A stretch of 64,000 nt of DNA from the NCBI GenBank assembly GCA_026026165.1, contig JAPEUD010000019.1:1-64000 (forward strand). The letters are read 5' to 3'. This document shows positions 1 through 13,330 of this stretch, in pieces. The notes beneath the pieces were generated by a model. It searched no databases, was not told where the DNA came from, and saw nothing but the letters and a program-made list of their open reading frames with translations. Each line of letters begins with the position of its first letter. Position 1 is the first letter of the stretch. The translations under genes were made by a program, and so were the position numbers. The DNA is from Sarea resinae (Eukaryota).

Positions 1-32
<32 letters not shown>
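1..32. repeat. poly-C homopolymer inside the ARD1 intron
   Basis: At least 32 consecutive C, truncated by the window edge. Confidence 0.95.
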
Positions 33-80
33 ACCACCAATACGCTCAGGCTAACTCACCCCCTCGGGCACAAACAACAG

Positions 81-568
81 AACGCGCCATGGTCGAAGTC
101 TTCAACGCGCAATACGTGTCGCTGCACGTACGCATGTCCAACACGGCGGCGCTGCACCTGTACCGCGACACGCTCGGCTTCGAGGTCGAGAAGATCGAAG
201 ACAACTACTACACCAACGACGGCGAGGACGCGTACTGCATGAAGATGGACCTGAGCTTTATCCGCGCGGCGGCGCTGGACGACTCCTCGGACGACGATGA
301 CGGCGAGGAAGACGAGGAAGGCGAGAGCGCCGACGAAAACGGCGAGGGTGCAGCGGTGGCGCAGGACGAGGGCGACGAGGTGGGCGAGGCCGGCCGCATC
401 GGCGTGACTGCGGCGAAGAAGAAAACCGCTGCCAAGACTGCTGGTGCGAAAAAGGGGGGCGCGGATAAGGAAAAGGAAAAGGAAAAGGTCAAGAAGAGAA
501 AGGTCAAGGTGGGCCGGGGCCTGGGCGTTGGCGAACTGGTCGAGCGGAACGAGAGTCAGAAGGCTTAG
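81..568 (+). CDS. ARD1: N-terminal acetyltransferase A catalytic subunit (NAA10/ARD1), last exon; 5' part lies outside the window
   Basis: [33 protein letters not shown]...YY...DGEDAY matches the Ard1 GNAT C-terminal half. It is preceded by a GCTAAC branch site and CAG acceptor ending at 80. Acidic and Lys-rich tail. Confidence 0.93.
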
Positions 569-849
569 TTTTGTGGTTTTCGTTGTTGATATCTTTTCTT
601 GCTGTGCTTAAGGGGGGGGTCTAAGGAGAGGGGAAAAGAAGAGAGGTTCTAAAAGTAAGATGGAGATAGAAAGAGAAATAGAAGCCGAAGTAAAGAAGAA
701 TGAGTAAAGAAAGAAAGGAGCAAGGAAGAAAGAAAGAAAGAAAGCTAAAGTAAAGAAGAAGTAAAGAAGAAACAGACACAGAAACAGAAAGAGAAGAAGA
801 AGCAGAAGTAGGAGTGAGAAAGTAAAGCAGAGGCAAGATAAGATAATCA

Positions 850-937
850 GAAAATATAGTGTATAGTGTATAGTGTATAGTGCATAGAAACTAGAAACTA
901 GAAACTACAACTACAACTACTTACTACAACTACTACA

Positions 938-993
<56 letters not shown>

Positions 994-1460
994 CTTATTA
1001 TACCTACCTTATTATACCTACCTTATTATACCTACCTACCTATATACTTACTTACCTACTTCCCTATCTACCTATCTATCTAGATACCTTGATATATAGA
1101 GATATATATAGAACTACTTTCTCTCTCTACTCTATTCTTACTCTCTCTAATCTTTCTACAATCTACTCTTTCTATAATCTACTCTTACTTTACTCTCTCC
1201 TCTTTTCTCTTTCCTCTCCTCTTTTCTCTTTCCTCTTCTCTACTCTCTACTCTTTTCTCTTCTCTCTCTTCTCTACTATCTACTCTTTACTCTCTCCTCT
1301 ACTTTAAAGAAAAATAGAAACCTAAAGTTTATTAATAAGAGTAGAGAAGAGTAGAGAAGAGAGAAGAAGAGAAGAGAAAAAAAAAAGAAAGAGAACGGAA
1401 AAACGAAAAAGAAAAAAGAAAAAGAAAAAGCTAGCTAGCTAGCTAGAGTACTACTACTAA
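850..1460. repeat. Low-complexity/microsatellite island: (TATAGTG)n, (CTA)n at ~940-992, CT-rich and GA-rich tracts
   Basis: Directly visible tandem repeats between the convergent ARD1 and AHC1-like 3' ends. Confidence 0.9.
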
Positions 1461-1765
1461 TAATCAGAAAATCGCAAGCAAAGAAGGAGAGAGTTGTAAG
1501 GGTGATTTCTATCGTTTCCTATTCCTACTCCTATTCCGACTCCTTGTGCCAACAATGCCAGTGCCAGTGCTAGTGCTAGTGCTATCCACCCATCCATCTA
1601 AACAGAAGGGTCCTCCATGACGGCCTGACGGCCTGACAAACTGCTACTAATAGAACATAATGGGACAAAGAACCGCGCCGGAAGAAAAGTATAGAAACAA
1701 CACACAAGAAGAGTCGAGTCGAGTCGAGAACAAGGCCACGGAATCATAGTAGACCTCGCCTTTAA

Positions 1766-4197
1766 TCATAGCAAACCTCGGCCCCTGCCCGCACCGCCGC
1801 CGCCGCCATCCTTCCTATTACTGCCCCCGTCACCACTTCGACCGCCACCTCGGCCACCACCACCGCCACGCCCATCCTTGACCGGACTGACAAAACTCAC
1901 GTGTCGGCCGTCCTGCGCATTCCCGCGCCCCACCCTCTCCCTCAGCGCAGCAGCACCGGCAGCAGCCGATGACCGACGCGTGCGCATCGCCTTGGCCGAG
2001 TTGGCCAGTTCCGGGTCCGTGGCTGTGGTCTCGCTGCCACAGGCGCCGGCCGCGTCGTCGTCTTCGTCCTCGACCTCGACCTCGACGTGGTCCAGATAAC
2101 CGTCTTCGTCCTCTGCTTCGGCCGAGCTGGGCGACTCCGACTCCGAGTGCGCTTCGTAGTCGCCGTCGTCCGACACGAGGCTGGGCGCCGGATTGGTCTC
2201 GATCGTGTTGGGGCTGAGGTTGAGCGGGTTCGACGTCGTCGGGGACCCGTCCACCGGCATCTCGTCTTCTTCTTCTTCTTCTTCAATGTCGTCGTCGGCT
2301 TCTCGTTTCAACGGCATTCGAGGTGCCGACGAAGACGAAGAAGAGGCCAAGTGGACACCGCCAGATGTGGCATGCGGCGCGGCCGACGAAGAACCAGTCG
2401 AGATCCCTCCTAGCCTTGCGGCTTTCCTGGACCGTCTGTCGACGCCCTTGCTGCTGCTCGGACGACCACCAAAGGGCGCAGGCGACATGCCCGAACGCGC
2501 CGGCATGCGACTCGCATTGAGGAAAGCTGGCCGATCGTTCTCATCGTGCGCACCGTCCAACGCCGACGGACGCCGCATGCGTCGTAGCCCGCCATTACAC
2601 CTCATTGCCTCGGTGTCTTCAGATTTGACAGGCCAATCTTCCGTATCGTCGTCGTCCGAGGAAGAATAGATACCTAGATCTAGCTGCGTCCGTGCTTGGC
2701 TCACCATGTCCCCCAGATCACCGCCGAAGCCTCGTCGTTCCATCAGAGCGGACAGATGAGGTGCCTCGGGTGAGGGCACAAACGACGACTTCTTGTGGAC
2801 TGATCCGGCACCGTTCCGTGAGCGGACTTGTTTCGCCCGCGGTCGAGGGGCTGCTACTCCATTCGTAGTCCCTTGACCTTTGGCACCGGGAGATGTACCA
2901 TTGACTGTCGGAGTCCGCGTTACCTTGGACGGCTTGGAGGGGTTGCCGGTAAAGTTCGGACTTGCTGCAGTTCTGATCAGTGGATGCACAAAGCCTACTC
3001 CGTTGGTTGTTGGAGGTTCTGGTCCGCCGCCGCCGACGACGACGCCACCCGCTTCATCGACCTCGACAACTTGCCCACAAGCAATAGCAGCCGCGTCGTG
3101 GCTCTCGAAACCTCGATGATGAGCAATTCGACAGTGGTTGATGAAACCTTGCGCACTGGAAAAGTCGCCTCGATTGCAATCCAGGCATACAAGTTTGACC
3201 GACTGTCCGTCTGAAGAGCGCTTGACGATCAATGGGCCGGCCTTCTCCCGGGGTTGAGCATATCCATTCGAGAGCGCCTGGAGCTTCGACCCAGCCGAGC
3301 CTCGTTGCGCGCGGGATTTCCCCCCGACAGACGCTGGCTCCGTGATGCTACCGCGAGTAGATCGACCAGGAGGAACAGTCTTGCCTGCTGGCATCAGCTC
3401 TTGATCCAACTCTTCGGGCCCACCATCAAACTTCTGGTCCGGGATAAGCCACTTGGCGTAATGTCTCGTATAAGGGCCGTCTGTCACACCCCATGGCGGT
3501 GGATATTGCGCCCTTTGCTGTCCGGCTTCAGGCTCCAGGGCCGGACCACTGCCATTGCTAACCGCCTGCCAGCCGCTTTGTGAAGATGAATCGGGAAAGG
3601 GAATGACTTGGCAACGTCGAAGCTGTTCCAGAGCGATTTGGCATTTGGCAAGCTCCTGATCGATCAGGCGCAGTTCGTTGTGTTTCAGAAGGATCTCGAG
3701 GCTGAATTGCTCCTCGATGGTCTGCTGCAGAGGGGTCAGAGACGCGACATCTACTGGAAGAATTAGCTACACTGTTCAAAGCGCGCAACAGAGTCCAGAA
3801 GCGTCTTACCTTGCTCAACAGGCTGAGAATCCGGCATCTCCACATCTGCCTCGGAGAAGGTGCCTGTCGCGGTCCCATTTGTAGCATGTCCAATGTTTGG
3901 TGCAACGGGTGCCCCCAACACGTCTTGACTACAGATCTCCGCTAGCGAAACCTCGTCTACATTGTCGCTCACGCCTTGCAGGCCTGACGCGTGCCTTCCC
4001 TCTCCAGGCGGCTTCGCGATCCCCGGTCCCCGCCGCGCATTCGCCGAGTCCTGGCTGTCTGCTCTTTTGCGCTTGAGCTTGTTCAACATGGGAATCTCCA
4101 CGATCGGTTTGCGCTTCGGATCTTGCGGCGCCATCGCGTCTCCTCCTTTGCCGGTCTTGTCGCCCCTAGGGTCGGAGATCCAAGGGATGAGAAACAT
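1766..4197 (-). CDS. AHC1: ADA histone acetyltransferase complex component AHC1-like C2H2 zinc-finger protein (2 exons, intron ~3751-3809)
   Basis: Spliced reading gives QQTIEEQFSLEILLKHNELRLIDQELAKCQIALEQLRRC and CLDCNRGDFSSAQGFINHCRIAH, both typical of fungal Ahc1-like proteins. GTAAGA donor, GCTAAT branch site, TAG acceptor. Confidence 0.8.
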
Positions 4198-6090
4198 GCG
4201 CGGCTTCTAGAAAAAGGCTGCTACCCGAACTCGACACGAGAGCCAGGGTAACAGCATCCGAATGCCCTCGAAGCATGCGACGGAGTTTCTTCGCGTCCCA
4301 GAGAGAAAGAGTCGAGGTGGTCAGTTGCGGTCCTTTCGGTTGCGATCCTTGCGAGGTCGAGGCTGTGAATGCGGTGTTCAATGGGGACCTCGGTCGTGGG
4401 CGAGGCACGGTACCGATGTATTACAAATGGTCTATAGGTGAAGTATATGTGAATGATGGCAGAGAATGGAATCGACCGTCGTGGCGTGAATGAAGGGTAC
4501 AGCAAAGAAAGCGCGCGTCGGCCGAAGCGTGGAAGCTGAAGCGAAGAAGACGGACAGACGTGTCGATGGGGTTGCGGGATCCAAAAGGTCGAGAATCTAC
4601 AAGCGAAAAGGCCAAAAGGTCATTAAATAAGAGAAAATATCGGTCGCAATTGGCGTAAATGGTGTTGAGAAAGGAAAGGAGATCGAAGAGTTGTAGGACG
4701 GGTGAGAGGGAGAGAGCTTGACGTTTAGAGAAGGTTGAATGGCGTTTGACAGGTAGAGTGAGGACGCCGTCCGAGCAGCAGGCGAGAGGAGGCGAGAGAG
4801 GGCGAGAGAGGGCGAGCGAGCGAGCGAGCGAACGAGCGCGATGCGCATAAACGGGAGAGACGACAGCTGTGTGCATGAATGCTGGATGCGCGGCAGCACC
4901 GGGGACTTGCGACGACGGTAGTCAGTACTCGCGAGACCGTGTCCCTTGAGGCTGAATCCGGGTATCCGCTACACCGAATGCATCCACGCACGAGGTACCT
5001 CAGCGTGCTCCGGTACCTACATCGTCATACCTGAGCGTCCATGAGCAAATGGATCTAACGGAGCTGGAGGTGCGTGGGAGGGGCCTTGATGGATCTCGTA
5101 CCGGGTACCGGAGATCACCGCGTCACTCACCGCACACGCCTGGTCACCAGGACCTGCCCGGGTGAGGAAATCTCCCTGCTCGTGTGTTCCGGCACGGCAG
5201 GAATGGCCACTAGGCCGTCGTCGTCGAGGGAGACGGCACGGGAGACTGGAGATACCGAGCACATCTCCGTCGGCCATCCATCCTCTCTCACGTTGACTCG
5301 ACGTATTCCGTACATTGGGCGTACGAGAACAGAGTACGGACAGGAGTAAGGTAGAGCACAGCCGGAAACAACGTCCTCGACGTCTCATTATTTCCAACGA
5401 GGCTAGAATCATTCATCCCTGACACGACAGTCGCACATGCTTCCATCGAGCATCTCCTCATTGTTGACACAGATAGAATATACTGCAGTACTGCGTAGTA
5501 GGTCGATGGCCCAATAGCCTCTCATGCCATGATTTCCCATCATTCTCCATGGGGGCCCCTGGGGCCGAGGGGCCGTCTGAGTCATAACAATACCTGTACT
5601 GTATATGCATCCAAACACCAATAATGAACGACCTCCAGCGCTCCATCTTACCTAATCAGGCGAGGGCAAGATGCACACATGGCGCTGTGGCACGCCCGTA
5701 ACGTTGACTGGGCTGGAGATCCTCACGGCCGCCCCAGTGCAGCTGCAGACTGGAGGTCCCTCGTGGTCCGTGCATGAACATGAACATCGGGATACTCAGT
5801 AGTAGAAGCTGAGCCTCGAAACGTCAAAGGCCTCGATCTTCTCGACACCGCTGCCAGAGTCCGATGCTGCCACCGTTGATGTGTGGGTGCAACGATGAGA
5901 AAACGTAGACTAAGAGATTCCATCCGCCATCGTTCCTCTTCGAAGAACACCTGCGCTGGCGGGGCGCCATCGAGCATCGGTGGCTGAAGGATTCGTGAGC
6001 ATTCACTCACTCTCGAACAATTTCTTGTTTCGATGCCATCGTTCCTCTCGAAGAAAACAATACAAAACCCGGTGAATCGGGCTACAGAAG

Positions 6091-7161
6091 ATGCCCTCCA
6101 GACGTAAGAATAAATCTTCCGCTGTCCACAACCGCTCCGATTCCTCTGCCGACAGGAGGAAAGGCCAGCCGTCACAGCCAGCACCATCCTCAGTCATCAC
6201 CACCCCCACCACCAGAAAGAATCCGATCGAGACCGACAGGATGTGGCCATCCTTGTTCCAGTACGAGGATGGGGTCATGGTTGGCGAGGCTCCAGATACC
6301 TCGGATGATCTCCTACCAGCCAAACGAGTCAAAGTCGCCCACGGCATCGACATTCGCACTTCGTCCGACTCACAGACACATGCGAGCCCAAGCAATGACC
6401 TGGCCTCGGAGACTACGAGAGACCATTCCATCCCTGCACCCGTGGACTCCATCCTCTCTCCCAATCTTCAGCACCTCCATGATAGATTCACCGTCTTCCA
6501 CATCAACGTCATCTCATCCTCGAGCATGCACTCCAAAGTCGTTAGTCTCATCAGCAAGTTGTATGCCGATGACGCAGCATTTTCCAACCCCAGTGCGCTG
6601 CAAAAGCCGCCTCTCGTGGTCCTGACGTCCAAGGGAAAGGTTGCCAGTAAGATGATTAGTATTGTCGAGGTCGGCAAGGAAACCATGAAGAAGGAGCACC
6701 CTCGCATGAAGATATTTCAGTATTCGAAACTTCACGGTCAGGTTGCGGAAGCCGAGCCAAAGGCGCAGAAGAACAGGAACGAGCAGCAGCAGGCTCAGAA
6801 CCAGTCTCGGAACAAAGGATTGGATGGTCTTACCCAGCAACAGCATCACCACGCATCTGGCGATGGGGACGATGCCGCATTGGACGGACATGATGACGAT
6901 GATGGCAAAGGCCACGATCCGGACGAGGAAGCATTCGAGACGATGGAGCCTACGGAGCCTCTCATAGAGCCTTTTCCCAATCTCGATCTCGAGTGGCGTC
7001 GGAAGCTCCAGCCAGTGCCCATCCTGACTATCATCCTCTCTCTGCTTCCGATCAAGGAACTCCGGGACGTGTATGGGTGAGTTCCATTAAATCCCACCGG
7101 GGCGTCTCCCCCTCGTATCAATCGATCCTGACATCTTCATAGCGAGCAAGTCGATCCCTAG
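6091..7161 (+). CDS. Alba-like DNA/RNA-binding protein (possible RNase P/MRP Pop6/Rpp25-type subunit); intron 7077-7142, short last exon GEQVDP*
   Basis: 329-aa ORF with VISSSSM..KV, LTSKGKVASKMISIVEVGK, FQYSKL and PILTIILSLLPIKELRDVYGEQ, a pattern seen in fungal Alba-fold proteins. GTGAGT/CTGAC/TAG intron. Confidence 0.65.
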
Positions 7162-7774
7162 GATATGGCTCATCGATCCTCTGGGGAAACCCTACGTTTG
7201 GCCCTCGTAGCTTCTTCGCTCGAATTGTCCTTCGATAACCTCACCGTGATTTCGGCTTTTACGCTCTCATATTTTGTACGGAGTTCTGGAGGACGCATTG
7301 GGACGGATCGTGATCGCAGGCGGTGTTTTTGGGTGTGCCATCTTCGCTGATCATCTCTAATCATTGCTCACAAAACCTCACCGATATCGCACTGGCAGTC
7401 CATAGCTTGCACAATCCGTATTTCTAATTCGAATGGTCTTGCCTGGCTTTGCCATGCTTGCATAGCATCATCGTGCAGAATATTGTACAGTAAGAGGTAT
7501 CTATACACAAGAAACATCCCAAAAACTGGTATCTGACCGTGTCCTCCCTTTCCCAATGGGTTGCCTGAGACTAAAACGCTCGGTCCCAACGCGCTCTCTG
7601 ATCTTGTCATTGCTCTCGAAAGTGGCCGTGATGCATCTCCCAGTCCTATGTTCAATTGCTCAATATCATCTACGAGGCTCTTCCTCTTCATCCTGCAATC
7701 CTAACGAATCCCTCTCACGATAGCATCTTGCCCGCGCTCCCTGATTCTAAAGCAAGTTTCTCCCAAGCCAAACC

Positions 7775-8284
7775 CTACTTCCTCCCGCCCTCGGTAATCC
7801 TCAAGACAAAATTGACCACGACGGCAGCCAACAAGGCAACGGCCAGGACGGTGGGCCCGAAGCGGTCGTCGAAGCCGCCCTGGCCCCTCTGCCGTATACT
7901 CTTGGCGCGCCAATGATACGTCACGAGGGCGTAGATCATGGCAGCCATGGCGACGACGGTGAACATGGCGGCGCTGATCCGGCCGACGCTGTCGCCAAAG
8001 TTCAGGAGCCCGACGGCGAGGCCGCCCAGGATCACGGTGAAGTTGAGCCATGAGAGGAAGGTGCGCTCGTTGGCGAAGAATACTTTCGGCTCCACTCGCG
8101 TGGGGAGAGCAATGCGCTTGCCTGTGTGAGCGAGGTTAGTCTGTGTCAGAGGGCGGGTTTCTCTTTATCGGTTTGCTTGTCTTGCTTGCGACAAGAGAGA
8201 GAAGGGGGGAGAGGGGAGGGGTAATGAGGGCGAAAGGAGGAGCACAGTACCAGGCGCAGTCTGAAGAAGTGGTTGACTCGACAT
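7775..8284 (-). CDS. VTC1: Vacuolar transporter chaperone 1 (polyphosphate VTC complex), 2 exons
   Basis: [37 protein letters not shown]...DDRFGP with three TM helices. Intron ~8122-8250. Confidence 0.96.
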
Positions 8285-8829
8285 TTTCTGATATCGAAGT
8301 CTGGGTTTGTCGCTCTCAAGTGCAATTGAGATCCCCCTCTCGTGAGATAGCAACTAGCAGCGATAGAGTACAGCTCGTCACTGCCTCATTGGAGAATCAA
8401 TTGGTCTTCACTTGATTGGAAAGATGCTTTCAAGAATACACCCCACGATGCGGTAGCGTGGGCAGCTCTGGGGGAATAGAGTGGAGGCGTGGTGAGTGGT
8501 GTGTCGTGTGTCTCTGCCTCGGATCGTAGACCGGGGTTCAGGTTGCTTGCGAGAGAGAACTTGGAACGTGCCGCCGTTATTGGACCAGAGAAGATGAAGA
8601 TGTTGGGGCAATGTGATAAGATAAGATTATGATATCGCCTGTGTTACCCGGCAATCACGGTGGTGTGAAGTGAAGTACTTCGTACACAGTACGGAAGCCA
8701 AAGCGAGCGCATCCATCTTCGCAATATCGCAACAAACAAACATTCATCTCATCCCCCATTTTACCCCGTATCCAACAATTGCTACTCGCTATCACCAGTC
8801 CGCTAACTCCAAACACATCCTCACTCAGC

Positions 8830-9641
8830 ATGGCTAGCACGACAATGACCCCCGTATGTCCTTCATCCTCTAGATGCACTCCATCCTTGCGATTCAAGGT
8901 GTCATTGCTAATCTTTCGACAGCCCATCTCCTATACCCGCCTAAAGCAGATAGCGAACGACGTAAGACTCACCAGCATCTCTCACTATGGGCGCGGATGA
9001 AGGCGGTTTGCCGTGATAAGGCTTCAAACATGGTGGGCGTTGATGCTGATGTCAGGGGTAATAATAGGCATGCGAATCTGCTCTTGCTACCGCCGAGGGA
9101 TACGAACATTCCAAAACTGAGGGGTGGAATACGAGTATCATCGTACGTGTCCTTGACCACCCTGTCTCTGTCAGAGTCCAAAAGAACAGCCGTCAAGGCT
9201 GACCCTCTCCAGAATTCCATCCTCCGATCTCTGATATCTGAATCCTCTTCCCCATCTCAACCACCCAGCTACAAATACGCCGTCAACAGCACCATCATCC
9301 AGCACCTCTCGGCCGCCTCGCCATCCTCGCATCCCCACCGACCCAATAATTACGCATCGACATCCACCTCCACGTCGACCGCCCCCGGCGCCAACGAGGC
9401 CTCCACCGCCGACGAGACGCATCCCGTCGCTGGAGGCCCGAGCGACGAACGAGCATCTCCAGCCATCAAGAGCGAGGCTGGCACCGCCAACTCCGGGCAT
9501 CACCCTGGACGCCGAGGGATGCATTCGGCGACGGGAGCGTACTGGAACAACGAGAAGGACGGCATGTGGAGTTTCAAGTACGAGACGGGCGAGGCCAAGG
9601 GCATGGATGTCGTGATCAGCGTCATCTGGATTTCCATCTAG
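8830..9641 (+). CDS. Dynein light chain Tctex-1 family (4 exons)
   Basis: Spliced reading gives PISYTRLKQIAND/ACESAL...WNTSII/NSILRSLIS...YKYAVNSTIIQH...RRGMHSATGAYWNNEKDGMWSFKY...DVVISVIWI. Confidence 0.9.
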
Positions 9642-10933
9642 TCTCGTGTTTGTTTTTCTCTTCGCCATCATACCTCTCACTACTAGCCAGCCTATCCATC
9701 TCGATCCATCTTCTTGATCTTCTTCCCTACTTCCAATCTGGGGTTTTGTGTGTCTGTATGAGAGTGGCATTTGGCTCTGGACAGAGCACTACTGTACTCG
9801 CTCCACTCACGCAGCATGTCGGGTAGCAATGGACCATGGCAGAATCAAAAGGACGATGTCATTTACTCTTCGAATCGATGTCTCTCTGACTCACGTAGGA
9901 GTATGTACCGTCGAGCGGTGAAGATGGACTACGGAGCGGAGTGGTGGTGATCTTGTACTGTACTCCGTATGTGTTGATGTACTACGTACGTACGGAGTAC
10001 TCCGCCACTCGACGATCGGGTGTCGTAAGCCACGGTGGCTGTGGGCTGTGATGGCAATCCCGCTGATCATCATCATTGCCGAACGGACATGAATGGATGA
10101 ATTGGCGAATGGGGGATGGCAACATGGGCGCATTGATACGCATACACGTCCATTGCTATCACTGCACTTATTACTACGTAGTAGAGTTGAGTACTCCAGT
10201 AGAGGCTGCACAGCCACATCGTCGTCCATGTCCCAGACACGTTTCCCCGGGTCTCCAGTGTTTTGTTTTCTAGGGCTGTCGAATGCGAGATGGCTATTCG
10301 ATCAGCGAGATGCTCTATTCCATCGTCTTAGGTCGTTTCAGGCTAGATGTACTCCGGAGTACCATAGTAGTCCTGCGCAAGGAGATGTGATCGGCGCAAC
10401 CAGCTGTCGCTGTGTCGCTGTGTCGCTGTGTTGTTGCCCTGGACTGGACTCCTGGACCCCTGGACCCCTGGACCCCTGGACTTCGGGCCCCGTTGCGCGC
10501 GTCGCTTGCAGGCTTTGCACCTTTGCACATTTGCGCATTTGCGCATTTGCGCATTTGCTTGTTTGTTTCCTTGCTTGCTGGGTATGACGCACCCATGCAC
10601 CCACTCGGCGCCAGACCAGACCAGGCCAGACAAGTAGTGTAGAGAGCGCACAAGAACAAGAACAAGAACAGGGCCACGGCCATGGCCACGGCAGGACACA
10701 GACGCTGTGAATGGAAGAGATCGTCCACATGGGCAGTAGTTCGTGAAGCAGCCACATCATTTAACATTGGCTTGTCCGAGGTGAAGACTTAAAGACCGCC
10801 ACAACACTTGCGACTGACTTGCACATCCAATTTGACTCTCTTGACGCCCTCCCTCCCTCAATTCTCCTTCCTGGCACAGTCGACGAAAGCTGCTGTCTTC
10901 TTATTGCCTGTCGCGCGCCGGCTTTGCTTCACG

Positions 10934-12030
10934 ATGCTGCGACTCACCGCCCTCCTTCCGCTCCTCTGCGCCATCGGTGCGCTCATCCTCTCGTTCCTCT
11001 CCCTCTTCGCCGGCTGGACCAAGGGTTTCCTCCAAGATGCGCCCATTCTCACGGTATGTCTTGCGACCTTGATTCATTCTAGAAACTGACCCCGGAAACA
11101 GCTCAACACGTCGGAGATTGGCCACAACCTGATCGGGTCCTCGTCGTCCAGCAACCCGTTCTCGTCCTTTCTTCACAACCTCACGAATCCGCTGTTGCAG
11201 GGCATCGACAACGACATCACGTCGATCGCCCACGAGATCGGCATCCACGACTTCTACACGGCGCACATCATGGACTACTGCGAGGGCTACTACCTGCCGA
11301 ACGCAACATCCAAGCACCCGAAGCCGCACAAGACCACGACGCGCTGCAGCAACCACACGGCCTTTTTCCACTTCGACCCGGCCGCCATCATCAGCAGCGA
11401 GCTCAACGACTCCATCACGCTGCAGGACCTCAAGTGGCCCAACGACATCCAGCACGAGCTGAAGATCCTCAAGGTCGCCGAGCGCGCCATGTTCGTCTTG
11501 CTCTGCATCGGCATCGGCTTCACCGCCCTGACCATGTTCGGGAGCCTGATCGGCCTGTTCGCCGCCGGCAGGCTGATTGCATTCACCAACTGGGTCCTAA
11601 GCATAGTGCGTTTTCCCCCCCTTCTCTCATGATCCCCCCTCCCCCATAAACCATCCAGCCCCTTTCCTTCACAGCCAACGACACAAACTAATCCTCCCAC
11701 CACACACAGCTCTCCTTCCTGACCCTCGCCATCGCCGTCTCCATCATCACCGCCGTGGCCGTCAAAGCGACGTCGGCGATCAACAAATACGGCAAAGGCA
11801 TCGGCATCTCGGCGTCCAAGGGCGGCCGGCTGCTCGGCATGACCTGGGCCGCCGTCGGGCTGATGCTGCTGGCCAGCTGCGTGTGGATCTTCGAGTGCGT
11901 GCTCGGCAGCCGCGCGGCGCGGGCCGGCCGGCGCGATGGCAGCGGGAGGCGCTTTGGCGGCATCGGGCGCAATGGGCGCAATGGGCGCGGCCAGGCCAAG
12001 CGCGAGATGGATGGCGTGGATGGCATGTAG
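10934..12030 (+). CDS. SUR7/PalI-family tetraspan membrane protein (3 exons: 10934-11053, 11102-11606, 11710-12030)
   Basis: N-terminal TM, GIHDFYTAHIMDYCEGYY...C extracellular loop, three further TMs, GISASKGGRLLGMTWAA motif. Confidence 0.88.
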
Positions 12031-12222
12031 GTGGTGGCCCTGGTGGGGTATTTTTTTGGTCGGTTCGGGTCGGGGAGATGGGTGGGTGGATGTTAATGGG
12101 TGAGAGACATGAGAATGAATGAATCAACGAATTAGTCAAGTAGGTAGATGGAATACTATCTCTATCCCTATCTCTATCTCTCTCTTTCAAGTGTAAACAC
12201 ACACAACACACACCCACACACA

Positions 12223-12335
<113 letters not shown>

Positions 12336-12399
12336 CCTCTCCCCTGTAAGGCCGCCTCCACGGCTTCCCTTCCACCTACCTCTAGTAGAATCCCTACGA

Positions 12400-13330
12400 C
12401 CAGGAAAGTAGAAGAGAACAAGTCACAAACACTCTACACTTAAGCATAAATCCCACCCATCTTTAGCGTCTATGGAGTAATACAAAGAAGACAATAACCA
12501 ATAATAATGATAATTACTACTGGTACTATAGGCACGAACTTTATAGTTCTACTAAGCACTACCTACCTTAGCTACCGTACCTTACCGTCTCAGGTGCTTG
12601 AGTAGAAGGCTAGGTAGGTACGGTAAGGTAAGGTAAAGTAGCTATCTCTCTATCTACCTTACCTACCTCATCGAAGGTATGTTTCCAAGGTAGGAGGTAG
12701 CCAAGGCGGCTAAGGTAGGTAGGTAGGCAGGTAGTTATATCTCTACCTACTTACTTGCTCAAGGTAGCAAGTAGGTAGGTAAGTCTCTTAGTAAATCTAC
12801 TGGCTGCTTGTATTACTACCTATACACTACAGTACTAAGTCATATCTCTTTTTCCTTGGTAGCAGCTTAATCAACTTTCTGCCTTTCTTTCTTTCTTTCT
12901 TTCTTTAGCTGCCTACCTACCTACTTTGATCCGAGATAGGCAGCTTATTTCTAAAGAAGATATAAAAGAGAGGAGAGAGAGAGAAGAGAGAAGAGAGGAG
13001 AGAGAGAAGAGATATAGAGAAAAAAAAGATACGAGGGGGAGATTCGACTCGATTGGGTGGTAGTGCTAGTGCTGGTGCTAGTATTTCTTACCTTGGTTCT
13101 GTTTCTAGATCAGCTAAGATTGAGGCAGAGTAGAGTATAGGAGAGTCTCTATCTAAGATATCGATAGAAGAGACTGGATGATAAGGTTAGTACTTGTTCT
13201 AAGTCGGGTCGATCAGATAGGTACTAGAGTAGAGTAGAGTAGAGTAGAGTAGAGTAGAGTAAGGAGCGCTCTCTAGAAATATCTAGTATCTCGAAAAAAA
13301 TCAGGGGCAAGGGTAGCAAGAAAAGGAGAC
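12400..13330. repeat. AT/TpA-rich low-complexity island with (TAGG)n, (GAGAGAA)n and (TAGAG)n tracts
   Basis: No ORF; abundant TAG/CTA; tandem simple repeats. Confidence 0.75.

Noticed and set aside
4221..6000. Multiple short ORFs between AHC1 and the Alba-like gene
   Set aside because: Divergent promoter/UTR sequence with GCGAGA repeats and no coding signal
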